From a virus (Duplodnaviria; Caudoviricetes): a DNA stretch of 54,590 nucleotides. The notes beneath the pieces were generated by a model. The model was not told where the DNA came from. It worked only from the letters and a program-made list of their open reading frames with translations, and searched no databases. Shown one piece after another: positions 6,718 through 16,034 of this stretch (position 1 is the stretch's first letter; the number at the start of each line of letters is the position of its first letter). Location: positions 1 to 54,590 of IMG/VR virus record IMGVR_UViG_3300006752_000035. The stretch is one strand, 5' to 3'. Both the position numbers and the translations under genes were made by a program.

Positions 6718-7227
6718 ATGGCAAAAACTTTTGTAATAAGTGATACTCACTTTAATCACGCAAACATCTTGGAGTTTAAAGACTACCTTGGTAAGCCATG
6801 TCGTGAGTTTGATTCCGTACAGCAAATGAACGAAGCAATGATGGACAACTGGGTAAGTGTTGTTAGTCCAGAAGATACTGTTATCCACTGTGGTGATGTA
6901 TTATTTGGTAATGACAAAGTAGACTGGTTGACTGCAAACTTTGCAAAGTTACCTGGCAAGAAAAGACTTGTTATTGGTAATCACGACAATGTAAAATACC
7001 TTGCTCCGTTCTTCAAAGACATTCAATTGTGGATCGACATGCCGGGCTTTATCTTTACTCACACTCCGTTGCACGAAAGCACACTTGCTGAAAAGCATAG
7101 GTTTACAGAGCCTAAGTTAAATGTTCACGGACACATACACACTAACCCTTCACCCGAAGGACCATACAAGTGCGTTTGTGTTGAGCAGATTAACTACACT
7201 CCAATAAACATTGAGGAGTTAGTATGA
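6718..7227 (+). CDS. Calcineurin-like metallophosphoesterase
   Basis: SDTHFNH, HCGD, GNHD, THTP and HGHIH motifs. Confidence 0.92.
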   Translation: MAKTFVISDTHFNHANILEFKDYLGKPCREFDSVQQMNEAMMDNWVSVVSPEDTVIHCGDVLFGNDKVDWLTANFAKLPGKKRLVIGNHDNVKYLAPFFKDIQLWIDMPGFIFTHTPLHESTLAEKHRFTEPKLNVHGHIHTNPSPEGPYKCVCVEQINYTPINIEELV

Positions 7228-7448
7228 GCAAGTACAAAGCAAAATACCTAAAGCCTACCATCTTTAAGTCTAAGGACCATTGGATGGTAGGTGTTGTATG
7301 GCCTGTGAAAGGCAGTAAGGATAACGAATACAGCGTAGAATTGCACAACGAAGGATTTACTTGCGATTGTGCAGGCTTTACGTTTAGAGGACAATGTAAA
7401 CACACTAAACAAATTTTGGACAAAGTTCAAGGGGCTATGGCATGGTAA
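7224..7448 (+). CDS. SWIM zinc-finger protein
   Basis: YSVEL...FTCDCAGFTFRGQCKH (CxC-xn-CxH). Confidence 0.85.
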   Translation: MSKYKAKYLKPTIFKSKDHWMVGVVWPVKGSKDNEYSVELHNEGFTCDCAGFTFRGQCKHTKQILDKVQGAMAW

Positions 7449-8752
7449 GAACACAACCACAAGATATAATTGCACAGTTAGAAGCAGACAACAGCAAACT
7501 GGCTAAACAAGCAATACTAAAAGCAGCATTTGACGAAGGACTAACAGAGTTCTTTGAAGGCTTAAAAATGGCACTTGACCCACTTGTTACATTTGGTGTA
7601 AAACAAGTTCCAGAGCGTACAGATGTGCTTACAGGACAAGGACTGGCTTGGGAAACATTTGTTGAACTAGCAATGAATCTTGCAGGACGTAAACTTACAG
7701 GCCACGCCGCTCGTGATGCAATTGAACTAGCAATGAGTGTTGCTACTACTGAACAATGGAATGGATTTTATAGACGTATCTTAATTAAAGACTTGCGTTG
7801 TGGTGTAAGCGAAAAGACAGTAAACAAGGCAGCACCAGGAACGGTTCCTGTATTCACTTGTAGTCTAGCACATGACTCGGCTAAGCATGAAAAGAAAATG
7901 GTTGGCAAAAAGCAAATAGAAATTAAACTAGATGGTGTGCGTGTTATTACAATTATACGTGGCAACAAAGTAGAGATGTTTAGTCGTAACGGAAAACAGT
8001 TTCATAACTTTGGACACATCATTGCAGAGATCGAAGCAGTAATTAAAGATCATCCTGTGCCTTATCCGCTCGTATTAGACGGCGAAGTAATGAGTGCCAA
8101 CTTCCAAGACCTTATGAAGCAAGTACATCGTAAAGACGGTAAGCAATCTACTGATGCTGTACTACACTTATTTGACACTGTTCCACTAGGATGTTTTATG
8201 GATGGTAGTTGGGATAAGCCACAGAGCTTTAGAAGCCTTATTACTAAGCATTGGGTACAGGACCATGCAAGCGTCTTAGAGCACGTACAAGCGTTGGACT
8301 GGGAAGATGTTGACTTGGACACACCCGAAGGACAAGAACGCTTTGTAGCGTTAAATAAAGCGGCTGTAGACGGTGGTTACGAAGGCGTTATGATTAAGGA
8401 CGTCGATGCACCGTATGAGTGTAAGCGAACACATGCTTGGCTTAAAGCAAAACCATTTATAGAAGTAACATTGGAGGTTATTGATGTTGAAGAAGGTACT
8501 GGCCGGAATGAAGGCAGACTTGGAGCAATTGTCTGCAAAGGAATCGACGACGGTAAAGATATTTGCGTTAATGTCGGTAGTGGGTTCACTGATGTTCATA
8601 GGGACGAGTATTGGGATCATCGTAATGCTCTTGTTGGCAATCTTGTAGAAGTAAGAGCTGACGCTGTAACACAAAACCAAGACGGAACATATAGTTTACG
8701 TTTTCCGAGATTTAAAACTTTTAGAGGCTTTGAGCCCGGAGAGAAAATATAA
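7442..8752 (+). CDS. ATP-dependent DNA ligase
   Basis: KLDG adenylation motif, LDGE, EGVMIK, WLKAK, OB-fold VGSGF, LRFPRF. Confidence 0.96.
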   Translation: MVRTQPQDIIAQLEADNSKLAKQAILKAAFDEGLTEFFEGLKMALDPLVTFGVKQVPERTDVLTGQGLAWETFVELAMNLAGRKLTGHAARDAIELAMSVATTEQWNGFYRRILIKDLRCGVSEKTVNKAAPGTVPVFTCSLAHDSAKHEKKMVGKKQIEIKLDGVRVITIIRGNKVEMFSRNGKQFHNFGHIIAEIEAVIKDHPVPYPLVLDGEVMSANFQDLMKQVHRKDGKQSTDAVLHLFDTVPLGCFMDGSWDKPQSFRSLITKHWVQDHASVLEHVQALDWEDVDLDTPEGQERFVALNKAAVDGGYEGVMIKDVDAPYECKRTHAWLKAKPFIEVTLEVIDVEEGTGRNEGRLGAIVCKGIDDGKDICVNVGSGFTDVHRDEYWDHRNALVGNLVEVRADAVTQNQDGTYSLRFPRFKTFRGFEPGEKI

Positions 8753-8934
8753 TGTTTGGATTATTTAAAAAAGACCCAAAGAAAAAACTTCAAGCGCAAT
8801 ACGAAAAGTTATTGTATGAAGCAATGGTACTACAACGTAATGGCGACATTATGGGTTACTCAATGTTAACTAAAGAAGCAAATGAAGTGTATGATCAAAT
8901 TGTACAATTAACTGCCGAGGAAACAAATGGGTAA
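8752..8934 (+). CDS. Small helical protein, DUF6435-like
   Basis: MFGLFKKDPKKKLQ..YEKLL.EAM..QRNGDI resembles a family I recall from marine Gammaproteobacteria. Confidence 0.65.
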   Translation: MFGLFKKDPKKKLQAQYEKLLYEAMVLQRNGDIMGYSMLTKEANEVYDQIVQLTAEETNG

Positions 8935-9028
8935 TTTTGAACTATTATTTGTTAGTTTATTAGTTGTTACATGGGCCTCATATGGAATTCATGTAATAAA
9001 AGAATTTATTAGAAACCACGTTGATTAG
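8927..9028 (+). CDS. Small membrane peptide (33 aa)
   Basis: GAGG RBS; MGNFELLFVSLLVVTWASYGIHVIKEFIRNHVD. Confidence 0.55.
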   Translation: MGNFELLFVSLLVVTWASYGIHVIKEFIRNHVD

Positions 9029-9038
9029 GAGAAAGGAA

Positions 9039-9449
9039 ATGATACAACCAAGTTTAAAAAAGCCAAGTCTATTTAGACGAACTACAATGCGCCTTGTTGC
9101 TGGCTGGAGGCGAGTAATGGACGTCAAATACAATCCATTAAAATACATACCAGACCCAAGTTTGCAAACATATTTCATGTTGGTATTGTTTACTATATGG
9201 AGCGTGTTCTTTGGCTTCTTAGCCGCAAACTACTTAGGATTTTTTGGATACAATACTGTAGTAAGTATTATCATCCATATGGCTATTCTTGTACCACTGG
9301 CAATGACTAATGCTATCTTTGTTGATGCAGAACGTGACGGCCACAAATGGTTAAAAGAATGGAAGTCAGAACAATCAAGATACAACTTAGTTGTTAACAG
9401 ACTTAAAACTAAGAACTTAACTATTTGGAACCCTAACAAAGAGGCTTAG
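9039..9449 (+). CDS. Conserved phage membrane protein (paralog of 4990..5286)
   Basis: WRRVMD..YNPLKYIPD..MLVLFTIW; ATG 9039 follows AAGGA. Confidence 0.8.
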   Translation: MIQPSLKKPSLFRRTTMRLVAGWRRVMDVKYNPLKYIPDPSLQTYFMLVLFTIWSVFFGFLAANYLGFFGYNTVVSIIIHMAILVPLAMTNAIFVDAERDGHKWLKEWKSEQSRYNLVVNRLKTKNLTIWNPNKEA

Positions 9450-9450
9450 A

Positions 9451-9687
9451 ATGAAAAACATTATGTATTTCTTAAAATGGAACTTTACAGATATGCAACC
9501 TTATTCAAAACGAATGATAGCATATTTTGCGATTGCAATTTTAGGTACTATATTTGTTCATGAAGATTTATTCTTTCTTGCACCAATATTAATCTTCGTT
9601 GACCTTACGCAAGACATTGTTCGTTCACGTTATCAAGACTATAAGAACGAACAAAAGCAAATTTTAGACGACCTGTCTAAAAACTAA
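9451..9687 (+). CDS. Small membrane protein
   Basis: GAGG RBS; two hydrophobic segments. Confidence 0.7.
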   Translation: MKNIMYFLKWNFTDMQPYSKRMIAYFAIAILGTIFVHEDLFFLAPILIFVDLTQDIVRSRYQDYKNEQKQILDDLSKN

Positions 9688-9923
9688 TGGATCAATACGT
9701 ACTATATTCGTTTAATATGGGCGATGTAGAGGACCCCGACCTCTACGTTGCTTCGCCTATATACGAGTGGCAACAAACTCCTGAAGGCAAGTTTTGTATG
9801 GAGAACGGTGCTGACATAAAATACCACATTAGACCAGATGATTATAGCTACGGGTATAAAGTACAAATAACCGGACAGCTAGAACCTAAACATGCAACCT
9901 GGCTAATGTTAAAAAAAACTTGA
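9687..9923 (+). CDS. Conserved phage hypothetical protein
   Basis: TAATG coupling; MGDVEDPDLYVASPIYEWQQT motif. Confidence 0.75.
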   Translation: MDQYVLYSFNMGDVEDPDLYVASPIYEWQQTPEGKFCMENGADIKYHIRPDDYSYGYKVQITGQLEPKHATWLMLKKT

Positions 9924-9948
9924 CATTTGGTAATTACGACTATATACT
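9920..9948 (+). promoter_or_regulatory. Sigma70-type promoter
   Basis: TTGACA-17-TATACT. Confidence 0.7.
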
Positions 9949-9978
9949 AGTGAAATAAATTAAACGCAAGGATTAAAG

Positions 9979-11274
9979 ATGGCACTTCCAAAGACGAAAA
10001 AACGTAAAGCAACAAGAGCCGCACCTCGTATTCAACGTGGAGCAAAACTCAAAGAACCTACTTGGGATGGTTTGGAGGAGATGACAGGCGAACAAATTCA
10101 TAAGCATCGTAGACATACACACAATTGGTACTATGAACATTTTAAGCCAGCAGATTTGTATGCGTATGTTCCTAAATGGATGGAACAAAACGATTACACT
10201 AAAGAAGAAATTAAGCACATGAAGGCTGCTCCTAACAGTTGCTTGAGCATTACAGGCGGCATTGTAGCACGTATGGACATGCTAGGTGCTCCGAGATTAA
10301 ATGACAAGGAAGCGGCACATTGGGAGAGCTTGAAAGGAACAAGCGGCGATCTTAAATGTCATATTGAAGGCTTTCTAAAAGGTAAAATTAAAAAAGCTAT
10401 TGAAATTGGAAGTGAAGTAGTTGAAGTAAAAGAGAGCGAAGAAGTAAAAACCAAGAAGAAGTATGTTCCAACAATTCAAGAACGTATCCGAGATCAAGCT
10501 ATTGAAATGTCAGAGCCACTTGATGAATGGTTAGACACATGGCACACTGACGCAAAGAAATTTGATCCTAATGGTTTTGATTTTAAGGCACACTTTAGAA
10601 AAGTACAGCCTACACAAGCACATGCTCGTAAGATGCGTACATTTTGGGAAAACGAACTAATAGACTTTAAAGAGCTTGATAGATATCCAACTGCTGGACA
10701 GTTGAAGAAAATGAGCGAACATGAACAAGACATGTGGGAGCAACTTAAAGAAGGCTATGCACATCTTAAGAAATCAGAGATTGCAAAGTTTCGTAAAGCA
10801 GTTGATACAATAACTGGTGAATTAGACTTTATTATTGATCAAGCAAAAGCAACACGTAAGCCACGTAAGCCTAAACAACGTAGTGCTACTAAAGTAGTTG
10901 AGAAGCTGAAGTTTAGTAAAGCAGATAGCAAGTATTCACTAGCAAGTATTGATCCTACACTTATTGTTGGAGCAAATGAACTTTGGGTGTTTAATGTTAA
11001 GACACGTAAGCTAGGTAAGTATGTCGCAGAAAATATTGATCCTAAAGGTCTACAGCGTGACGGTACAGGACTAAGTGTTAAAGGTACAACTATTATTGGA
11101 TTTGATGAAAGTCAAAGTATTCAAAAGACTCTACGTAAACCCCCTGAGCAACTTAAAAACTTTAAATCAGCAGGTAAAGTTGCACTACGTAAGTTTTTAG
11201 ATGAGATTCCAACTACAGATACCAAGCTCAATGGGAGGTGCAACCCTGATACGGTGCTTCTAAAGGTATCTTGA
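9979..11274 (+). CDS. Large basic conserved phage protein, function unknown
   Basis: 431 aa, Lys-rich, AAGGA RBS; C-terminal LWVFNVKTRKLGKY...VKGTTI...KTLRKP motif. Confidence 0.8.
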   Translation: MALPKTKKRKATRAAPRIQRGAKLKEPTWDGLEEMTGEQIHKHRRHTHNWYYEHFKPADLYAYVPKWMEQNDYTKEEIKHMKAAPNSCLSITGGIVARMDMLGAPRLNDKEAAHWESLKGTSGDLKCHIEGFLKGKIKKAIEIGSEVVEVKESEEVKTKKKYVPTIQERIRDQAIEMSEPLDEWLDTWHTDAKKFDPNGFDFKAHFRKVQPTQAHARKMRTFWENELIDFKELDRYPTAGQLKKMSEHEQDMWEQLKEGYAHLKKSEIAKFRKAVDTITGELDFIIDQAKATRKPRKPKQRSATKVVEKLKFSKADSKYSLASIDPTLIVGANELWVFNVKTRKLGKYVAENIDPKGLQRDGTGLSVKGTTIIGFDESQSIQKTLRKPPEQLKNFKSAGKVALRKFLDEIPTTDTKLNGRCNPDTVLLKVS

Positions 11275-11285
11275 TAAATACTTGT

Positions 11286-12428
11286 ATGAAGAACAAATCA
11301 GTTGACCCGATAACATTAAAACATTCGCAAGAAGGTTTGATACAGTTAGCAGAGTTGCTAGGAGAACTAGCAAACAAGCCTAACGAAGTCAAACCCAATG
11401 TAGATGATATTCCCCAGGGCGGAATAAACGGAAGCAAAATCAACGGCGGAACAATAACTAATTTTAGTTCAGTCGGTATTAAAGATAATGCTACAAAATT
11501 AACAGTACTAGTTGATGACAATGGTATTACTACAGATAAAATAGACGTTGATTACATCGAAGGTAACACTTCAGTAAACGGCAGCTTAACTATTGACGGT
11601 GATATTACAGTACGTAAAATTTATGCAGACGAAATAGCAGGTGATCTAAGGAACAGTTCTTCAAAATCCTTAGAGTTTAGTGCTAGTGACGGAAGTGTTT
11701 ATAACAAAGGCTTGCTATGGCAAGGCAAAGGCGTAGTAACCAAACAGTTAGTATTAAAAAATAATCCTGATAGATTATGGTCAAGTGTTAGTTTTGATAT
11801 CTCAAAAGATGGTGCATATCACATAGGTGGTGAAGCAGTATTATCAGCTACAGGCTTAGGCAACAGCGTTAGAGATAGTAAGTTACGCTCAGTAGGAACA
11901 CTAGACGGACTTGATGTAGCAGGACATGTTGCATTTGGTGATGGCTTTAGATATAATGTTGAAACTGATAGACTCGGATTAGGCACAGAACAACCCAACG
12001 GCAATCTTGCAATACAAGGTTGGGCAAGTGAATTTATAATTGATGTAGACGACACTGACATAAGTGTTGGAGCATTTAGTAATTCAGGCTTGCATTTAAT
12101 CACAGACAATACACCAAGAATTAGTATCGCTAAAACAGGCAAAATTGAATTTGGCATTAGAGGATCAAACTCTGCAGACGTAAACATACACGGCAAACTA
12201 GGCGTGGGCGTAACAACAGTAGATGATGTTTCTATAGAATCTAACGGTCCAGTTAGGTTCGAAGGCAAAAAGTTTGCAGTAGCAGGTAATGTTCCAGAAG
12301 CGGGTAGCTGGAACAAAGGTGATATAGTTTGGAACTCAGACCCAAGACCAACATCATACGTTGGCTGGATTTGTGTTAAGAGTGGTACTCCAGGTGACTG
12401 GAAAACTTTTGGCGCAATTTCAGTATAA
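11286..12428 (+). CDS. Virion tail fibre/spike-like protein
   Basis: Beta-rich Gly repeats; C-terminal P.AGSW.KGDIVWNS.P...GWIC..SGTPG.W..FG.I; TAAATA-N5-ATG start. Confidence 0.7.
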   Translation: MKNKSVDPITLKHSQEGLIQLAELLGELANKPNEVKPNVDDIPQGGINGSKINGGTITNFSSVGIKDNATKLTVLVDDNGITTDKIDVDYIEGNTSVNGSLTIDGDITVRKIYADEIAGDLRNSSSKSLEFSASDGSVYNKGLLWQGKGVVTKQLVLKNNPDRLWSSVSFDISKDGAYHIGGEAVLSATGLGNSVRDSKLRSVGTLDGLDVAGHVAFGDGFRYNVETDRLGLGTEQPNGNLAIQGWASEFIIDVDDTDISVGAFSNSGLHLITDNTPRISIAKTGKIEFGIRGSNSADVNIHGKLGVGVTTVDDVSIESNGPVRFEGKKFAVAGNVPEAGSWNKGDIVWNSDPRPTSYVGWICVKSGTPGDWKTFGAISV

Positions 12429-12508
12429 TATCTTATAATATTACTCAAAGTAACCCTTAAATAAATAGTAGTACAGAGGCATAATTTGCCTGTGTAAGGG
12501 AGATAAAT

Positions 12509-12823
12509 TTGGAAAACAAATACGTAAAAGAGGCAAGATACTGGAAATATGCGGCATGGACAATGCCATTCGTCGCGTTAGCAGTTTTGGTAGGCGAAAT
12601 TATTTTAGGGCATAAACAAGAACAAGCAATCACGTCGATGATTATCATTACGACCTTTGTCACAACCAGTGTATTTTGGTGGTGGTGGTCACTAAATAAA
12701 ATTGTATACATGATAAAAAAGTCTGATGAAGTAAGAGACGATTTTATTGAAGTTAAAAAGCAATTACAAGAGATAAAAGAGAATGTGGTCAATAGGCAAC
12801 GGGCAGAGTCGAGCATCGATTGA
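12509..12823 (+). CDS. Two-TM membrane protein with C-terminal coiled coil (holin candidate)
   Basis: TTG start with GGGAG RBS; TAAATA motifs at 12458 and 12462; FWWWWS run. Confidence 0.6.
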   Translation: MENKYVKEARYWKYAAWTMPFVALAVLVGEIILGHKQEQAITSMIIITTFVTTSVFWWWWSLNKIVYMIKKSDEVRDDFIEVKKQLQEIKENVVNRQRAESSID

Positions 12824-13379
12824 TATAAATCAATTAGGCGGCCCCAAGGTAGGATGTAATGCAATTTGGCGAGATTATTCTACTGATCATCTAATATGCT
12901 GCGACAAGCGTATGATGAACGAAACCCTCAAAGGTAACGTAAATACACATTCAATAATATACACAAGAGAAGATTGGTACGACAGGTTTGCACAACCTGG
13001 TGTTCATAAGTTGCCGCCATTACCTTATAAAGGCAGTGAACGAGCAGACGAACCCTTTCATTGGGGAAGCGGACCTTATGCTGTTCTTGTTGCTTCTATG
13101 TTTGCAAAAGAAGGATATGTAAATTTAATTGGTTTTGATTTGTATAGTGATGATAAACTAGTTAACAACATATACAAAGACACGCCTAACTACTCAGTCT
13201 CATCCAAACGAGCAGTTGATCCACGCTATTGGGTACACCAAACAGCAAAGATATTCAAGTGCTTTCCTAAATTAAAATTTACTATATATCAACTAGACAA
13301 CTGGGAGTTGCCAAAAGCCTGGAATTATCCTAATGTTTCGGTTGACACAATAAGTAACATACGTTATAATAGTTTATAA
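12783..13379 (+). CDS. MptE/Maf/CstII-like Rossmann-fold protein (possible glycosyltransferase)
   Basis: SIGNGQSR, GCNAIWRD, DHLICCD, WGSGPYA and LIGFD motifs. Confidence 0.6.
   Translation: MWSIGNGQSRASIDINQLGGPKVGCNAIWRDYSTDHLICCDKRMMNETLKGNVNTHSIIYTREDWYDRFAQPGVHKLPPLPYKGSERADEPFHWGSGPYAVLVASMFAKEGYVNLIGFDLYSDDKLVNNIYKDTPNYSVSSKRAVDPRYWVHQTAKIFKCFPKLKFTIYQLDNWELPKAWNYPNVSVDTISNIRYNSL
13342..13370 (+). promoter_or_regulatory. Sigma70-type promoter for queD
   Basis: Consensus TTGACA-17-TATAAT. Confidence 0.8.
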
Positions 13380-13449
13380 CATATAGGTCTTAGCGTCAAC
13401 CCTTCTAACTCTGCCGCTCATATTAACTTATAACCTAACAGGAGATACT

Positions 13450-13899
13450 ATGGGAAAACATTTAAGCACAAAACATTACGGACACAATATTGGACTGTCA
13501 GCAGTCTTTAGACAACCTAATGCAGATCATTCACACTGTCATTTATTACATGGCTACAGTTTAGCGTTTACATTTACATTCGGATGTGATGAGCTAGATA
13601 ATAAAAACTGGGCAGTCGACTTCGGCGGACTAAAGCCGTTAAAGGCTTGGCTTGAAGATTCATTTGATCACAAGGTAGCAGTTGATGCAAACGATCCGCA
13701 TATGGATACACTAAAAGATCTTGAAGCAAAAGGTTTAGCAGAGCTACGTATCTTTGATGGTGTTGGTGCAGAGAAATTTGCTGAACACGCATTTAACTTT
13801 GCAGACAAACTTATACGTGAAGCAACAGACAATCGTTGTTATTGCGTAAGAGCAGAATGTGCAGAACACGGAGCAAACTCGGCAATCTACGAGGTGTAA
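13450..13899 (+). CDS. queD: 6-carboxy-5,6,7,8-tetrahydropterin / 6-pyruvoyl-tetrahydropterin synthase (T-fold)
   Basis: HSHCHLLHGYS, VDFGGLK, FDHK, GAEKFA and AEHGANSA motifs; AGGAG RBS. Confidence 0.88.
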   Translation: MGKHLSTKHYGHNIGLSAVFRQPNADHSHCHLLHGYSLAFTFTFGCDELDNKNWAVDFGGLKPLKAWLEDSFDHKVAVDANDPHMDTLKDLEAKGLAELRIFDGVGAEKFAEHAFNFADKLIREATDNRCYCVRAECAEHGANSAIYEV

Positions 13900-14613
13900 A
13901 TGCAAGACCGTTGGTTCGTATGTCTAAAACACGGAACTAAGTATGATGCAGAGTATGTGAATATTCTGCATTCTATGTTTAAACGACATGCGCCTAGTGA
14001 TGTTCGGTTTGCTTGTTATACTGATGATAGCAATGGGCTCGATAATGATATAGAAGCATTTGACCTACCGTCAGTTGGCAACGTAAAAGGATGGTGGTAC
14101 AAGCCTCTGTTCTTTAGTCCACACTTGCCTACACAAGGTACAATACTATATTCTGATTTAGACGTTATAATTTTTAAAGATATTAGTAAGTTCTTTGATG
14201 TTCACCCAGACAAGTTTTGTATACTGCGAGACTTTACAAGAAAGATGCGTCCGGACTGGAAAAAGTTTAACAGCAGTATATTTAGACTTGAAGTAGGAAG
14301 TCAATCTTATATCTACGAAAATTTTATAGAAAATCCTAAGATGCACATTAAGAAGTATCACGGAGACCAAGACTACATTTACGATCAAGTTGTACAAGCA
14401 AACCATCCTTTTCAATACTATCCTGACAAGTGGGCCGAGAGCTATAAGTGGGAAATGCGCAATATGGCACACATAACTAGAATGAACGGAGTACGAAACT
14501 TTGTTGAAAAAGGACAACCTCATATACACAAAGACACAAGCATTGCAGTATTTCATGGACAGCCAAATCCAAAAGATTGTATCGATGATTGGGTTATAGA
14601 AAATTGGCGTTGA
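13900..14613 (+). CDS. GT-A fold glycosyltransferase (GT8-like)
   Basis: CLKHGTKY, WWYKP, DLDV (DxD), FNSSI, GDQDYI and VFHGQPNP motifs. Confidence 0.8.
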   Translation: MQDRWFVCLKHGTKYDAEYVNILHSMFKRHAPSDVRFACYTDDSNGLDNDIEAFDLPSVGNVKGWWYKPLFFSPHLPTQGTILYSDLDVIIFKDISKFFDVHPDKFCILRDFTRKMRPDWKKFNSSIFRLEVGSQSYIYENFIENPKMHIKKYHGDQDYIYDQVVQANHPFQYYPDKWAESYKWEMRNMAHITRMNGVRNFVEKGQPHIHKDTSIAVFHGQPNPKDCIDDWVIENWR

Positions 14614-14638
14614 CAAACACGTATATACATGCTATAAT
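14610..14638 (+). promoter_or_regulatory. Sigma70-type promoter
   Basis: TTGACA-17-TATAAT with extended -10 TG. Confidence 0.8.
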
Positions 14639-14668
14639 GTTTACACAATACAAACTTAGGCACACATT

Positions 14669-15811
14669 ATGATGAACGATTTAAAATTTACTACCTGCGG
14701 CGATTATCTTGCAGACCTAGAACCTACACAGCGAATAGGTTTTGCATGTAAGTACATGTACCCCGATCAAACACAAAAGAAGAAAGTACTAGAAGAAATA
14801 CAACGCCCGCTAAATACTCGTAGCACAACAGTACAGTGGCTTAACAGACAGACACGTGATGTTGCTGAAGAACGCTTATGGGACATCATGGTCCATAACA
14901 TTGCGTCATACAAAAGGTTGATTGAATATGTGGGATCTCTTCCAGCTGAACTTAGGATGGTTCGACTCGGTTCTGATGTACTTCCTGTTTATACCCAGCG
15001 GGATTGGAGTTATTTTTGGCGTAAGCCTGACGTGGTGGAATATGCGGAAAGAACGTTTGCAGAAGTCGGTGCCACGGCAAGAGCCCTCGATGTTAGACTC
15101 TCGATGCACCCAGGCCAATTTACAGTCCTTGCTTCAGATAGTGAAGAAATAGTTGAGAGGAGCATAGAAGAATTTGAATATCACACCGATGTCATCCGCT
15201 ATATGGGATACGGCAAAACCTTCCAAGACTTTAAATGCAATGTACACATATCAGGTCGTAGAGGTCCACAAGGGATCAAAGACGCCCTTAAGAGACTCAC
15301 GCCCGAAGCGAGAAACGTCATCACAATCGAAAACGACGAAAACAAGTGGGGACTCGACAGCAGCCTTGAACTTGCAGACGACCTCGCACTTGTGCTTGAC
15401 ATACACCATCACTGGTGCCGTGAAGGTGAATACATACAGCCCACCGACGATAGATTTGCTCGCGTAATAGACAGCTGGCGTGGTGTTCGACCTGCAATAC
15501 ATTATTCATACAGCCGCAACGAACATTTGCCCGCAGGCTATGAACACAACACTATGCCTAATATGGCACAACTATTAGAAGACGGTTACAAGAAAGCAAA
15601 ACTTAGAGCGCACAGTGATTACTATCCTAACCAGCTAGTTAACGATTGGGCATTGAGCTTTTTGCCATATACAGATATCATGTGTGAATCTAAATGCAAA
15701 AATCTTGCAAGCATTGACCTGTATAAATACAAAGAGGAGTTAAAACATTATGAGTTATTTGAACAAAATGTACGGGCGTCAGTCCAAGAACACAGCGCCA
15801 GCATCGGATAA
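14669..15811 (+). CDS. uvsE: UV DNA damage endonuclease (UVDE)
   Basis: RIGFACK, RLGSD, RLSMHPGQF, NVHISG, IEND, LDIHHH, AHSD and MCESKCK motifs. Confidence 0.93.
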   Translation: MMNDLKFTTCGDYLADLEPTQRIGFACKYMYPDQTQKKKVLEEIQRPLNTRSTTVQWLNRQTRDVAEERLWDIMVHNIASYKRLIEYVGSLPAELRMVRLGSDVLPVYTQRDWSYFWRKPDVVEYAERTFAEVGATARALDVRLSMHPGQFTVLASDSEEIVERSIEEFEYHTDVIRYMGYGKTFQDFKCNVHISGRRGPQGIKDALKRLTPEARNVITIENDENKWGLDSSLELADDLALVLDIHHHWCREGEYIQPTDDRFARVIDSWRGVRPAIHYSYSRNEHLPAGYEHNTMPNMAQLLEDGYKKAKLRAHSDYYPNQLVNDWALSFLPYTDIMCESKCKNLASIDLYKYKEELKHYELFEQNVRASVQEHSASIG

Positions 15812-16034
15812 AAACCCTAATCGCATCACAGGCGGTTTAAGAGCTCAAGGTGTTGATACTATTACTATGCTAGGTGAAGATGGTTCTTCAACGGACCTGC
15901 CTACTCTTGCATATGTAAGATCTTTGGAAGAGCAGTCAAAAAAACAGCGAGCCGCTTTAACCGTCCTAGAACGTAAGCTGACTCGCCAAGAATCTGTAAT
16001 TAATCAATTACAGACTGCTATTATGCGCTCTTAA
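15750..16034 (+). CDS. Late hypothetical protein with C-terminal coiled coil
   Basis: TATAAATA at 15722 and GAGGAG RBS, both inside the uvsE 3' end. Confidence 0.75.
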   Translation: MSYLNKMYGRQSKNTAPASDKNPNRITGGLRAQGVDTITMLGEDGSSTDLPTLAYVRSLEEQSKKQRAALTVLERKLTRQESVINQLQTAIMRS

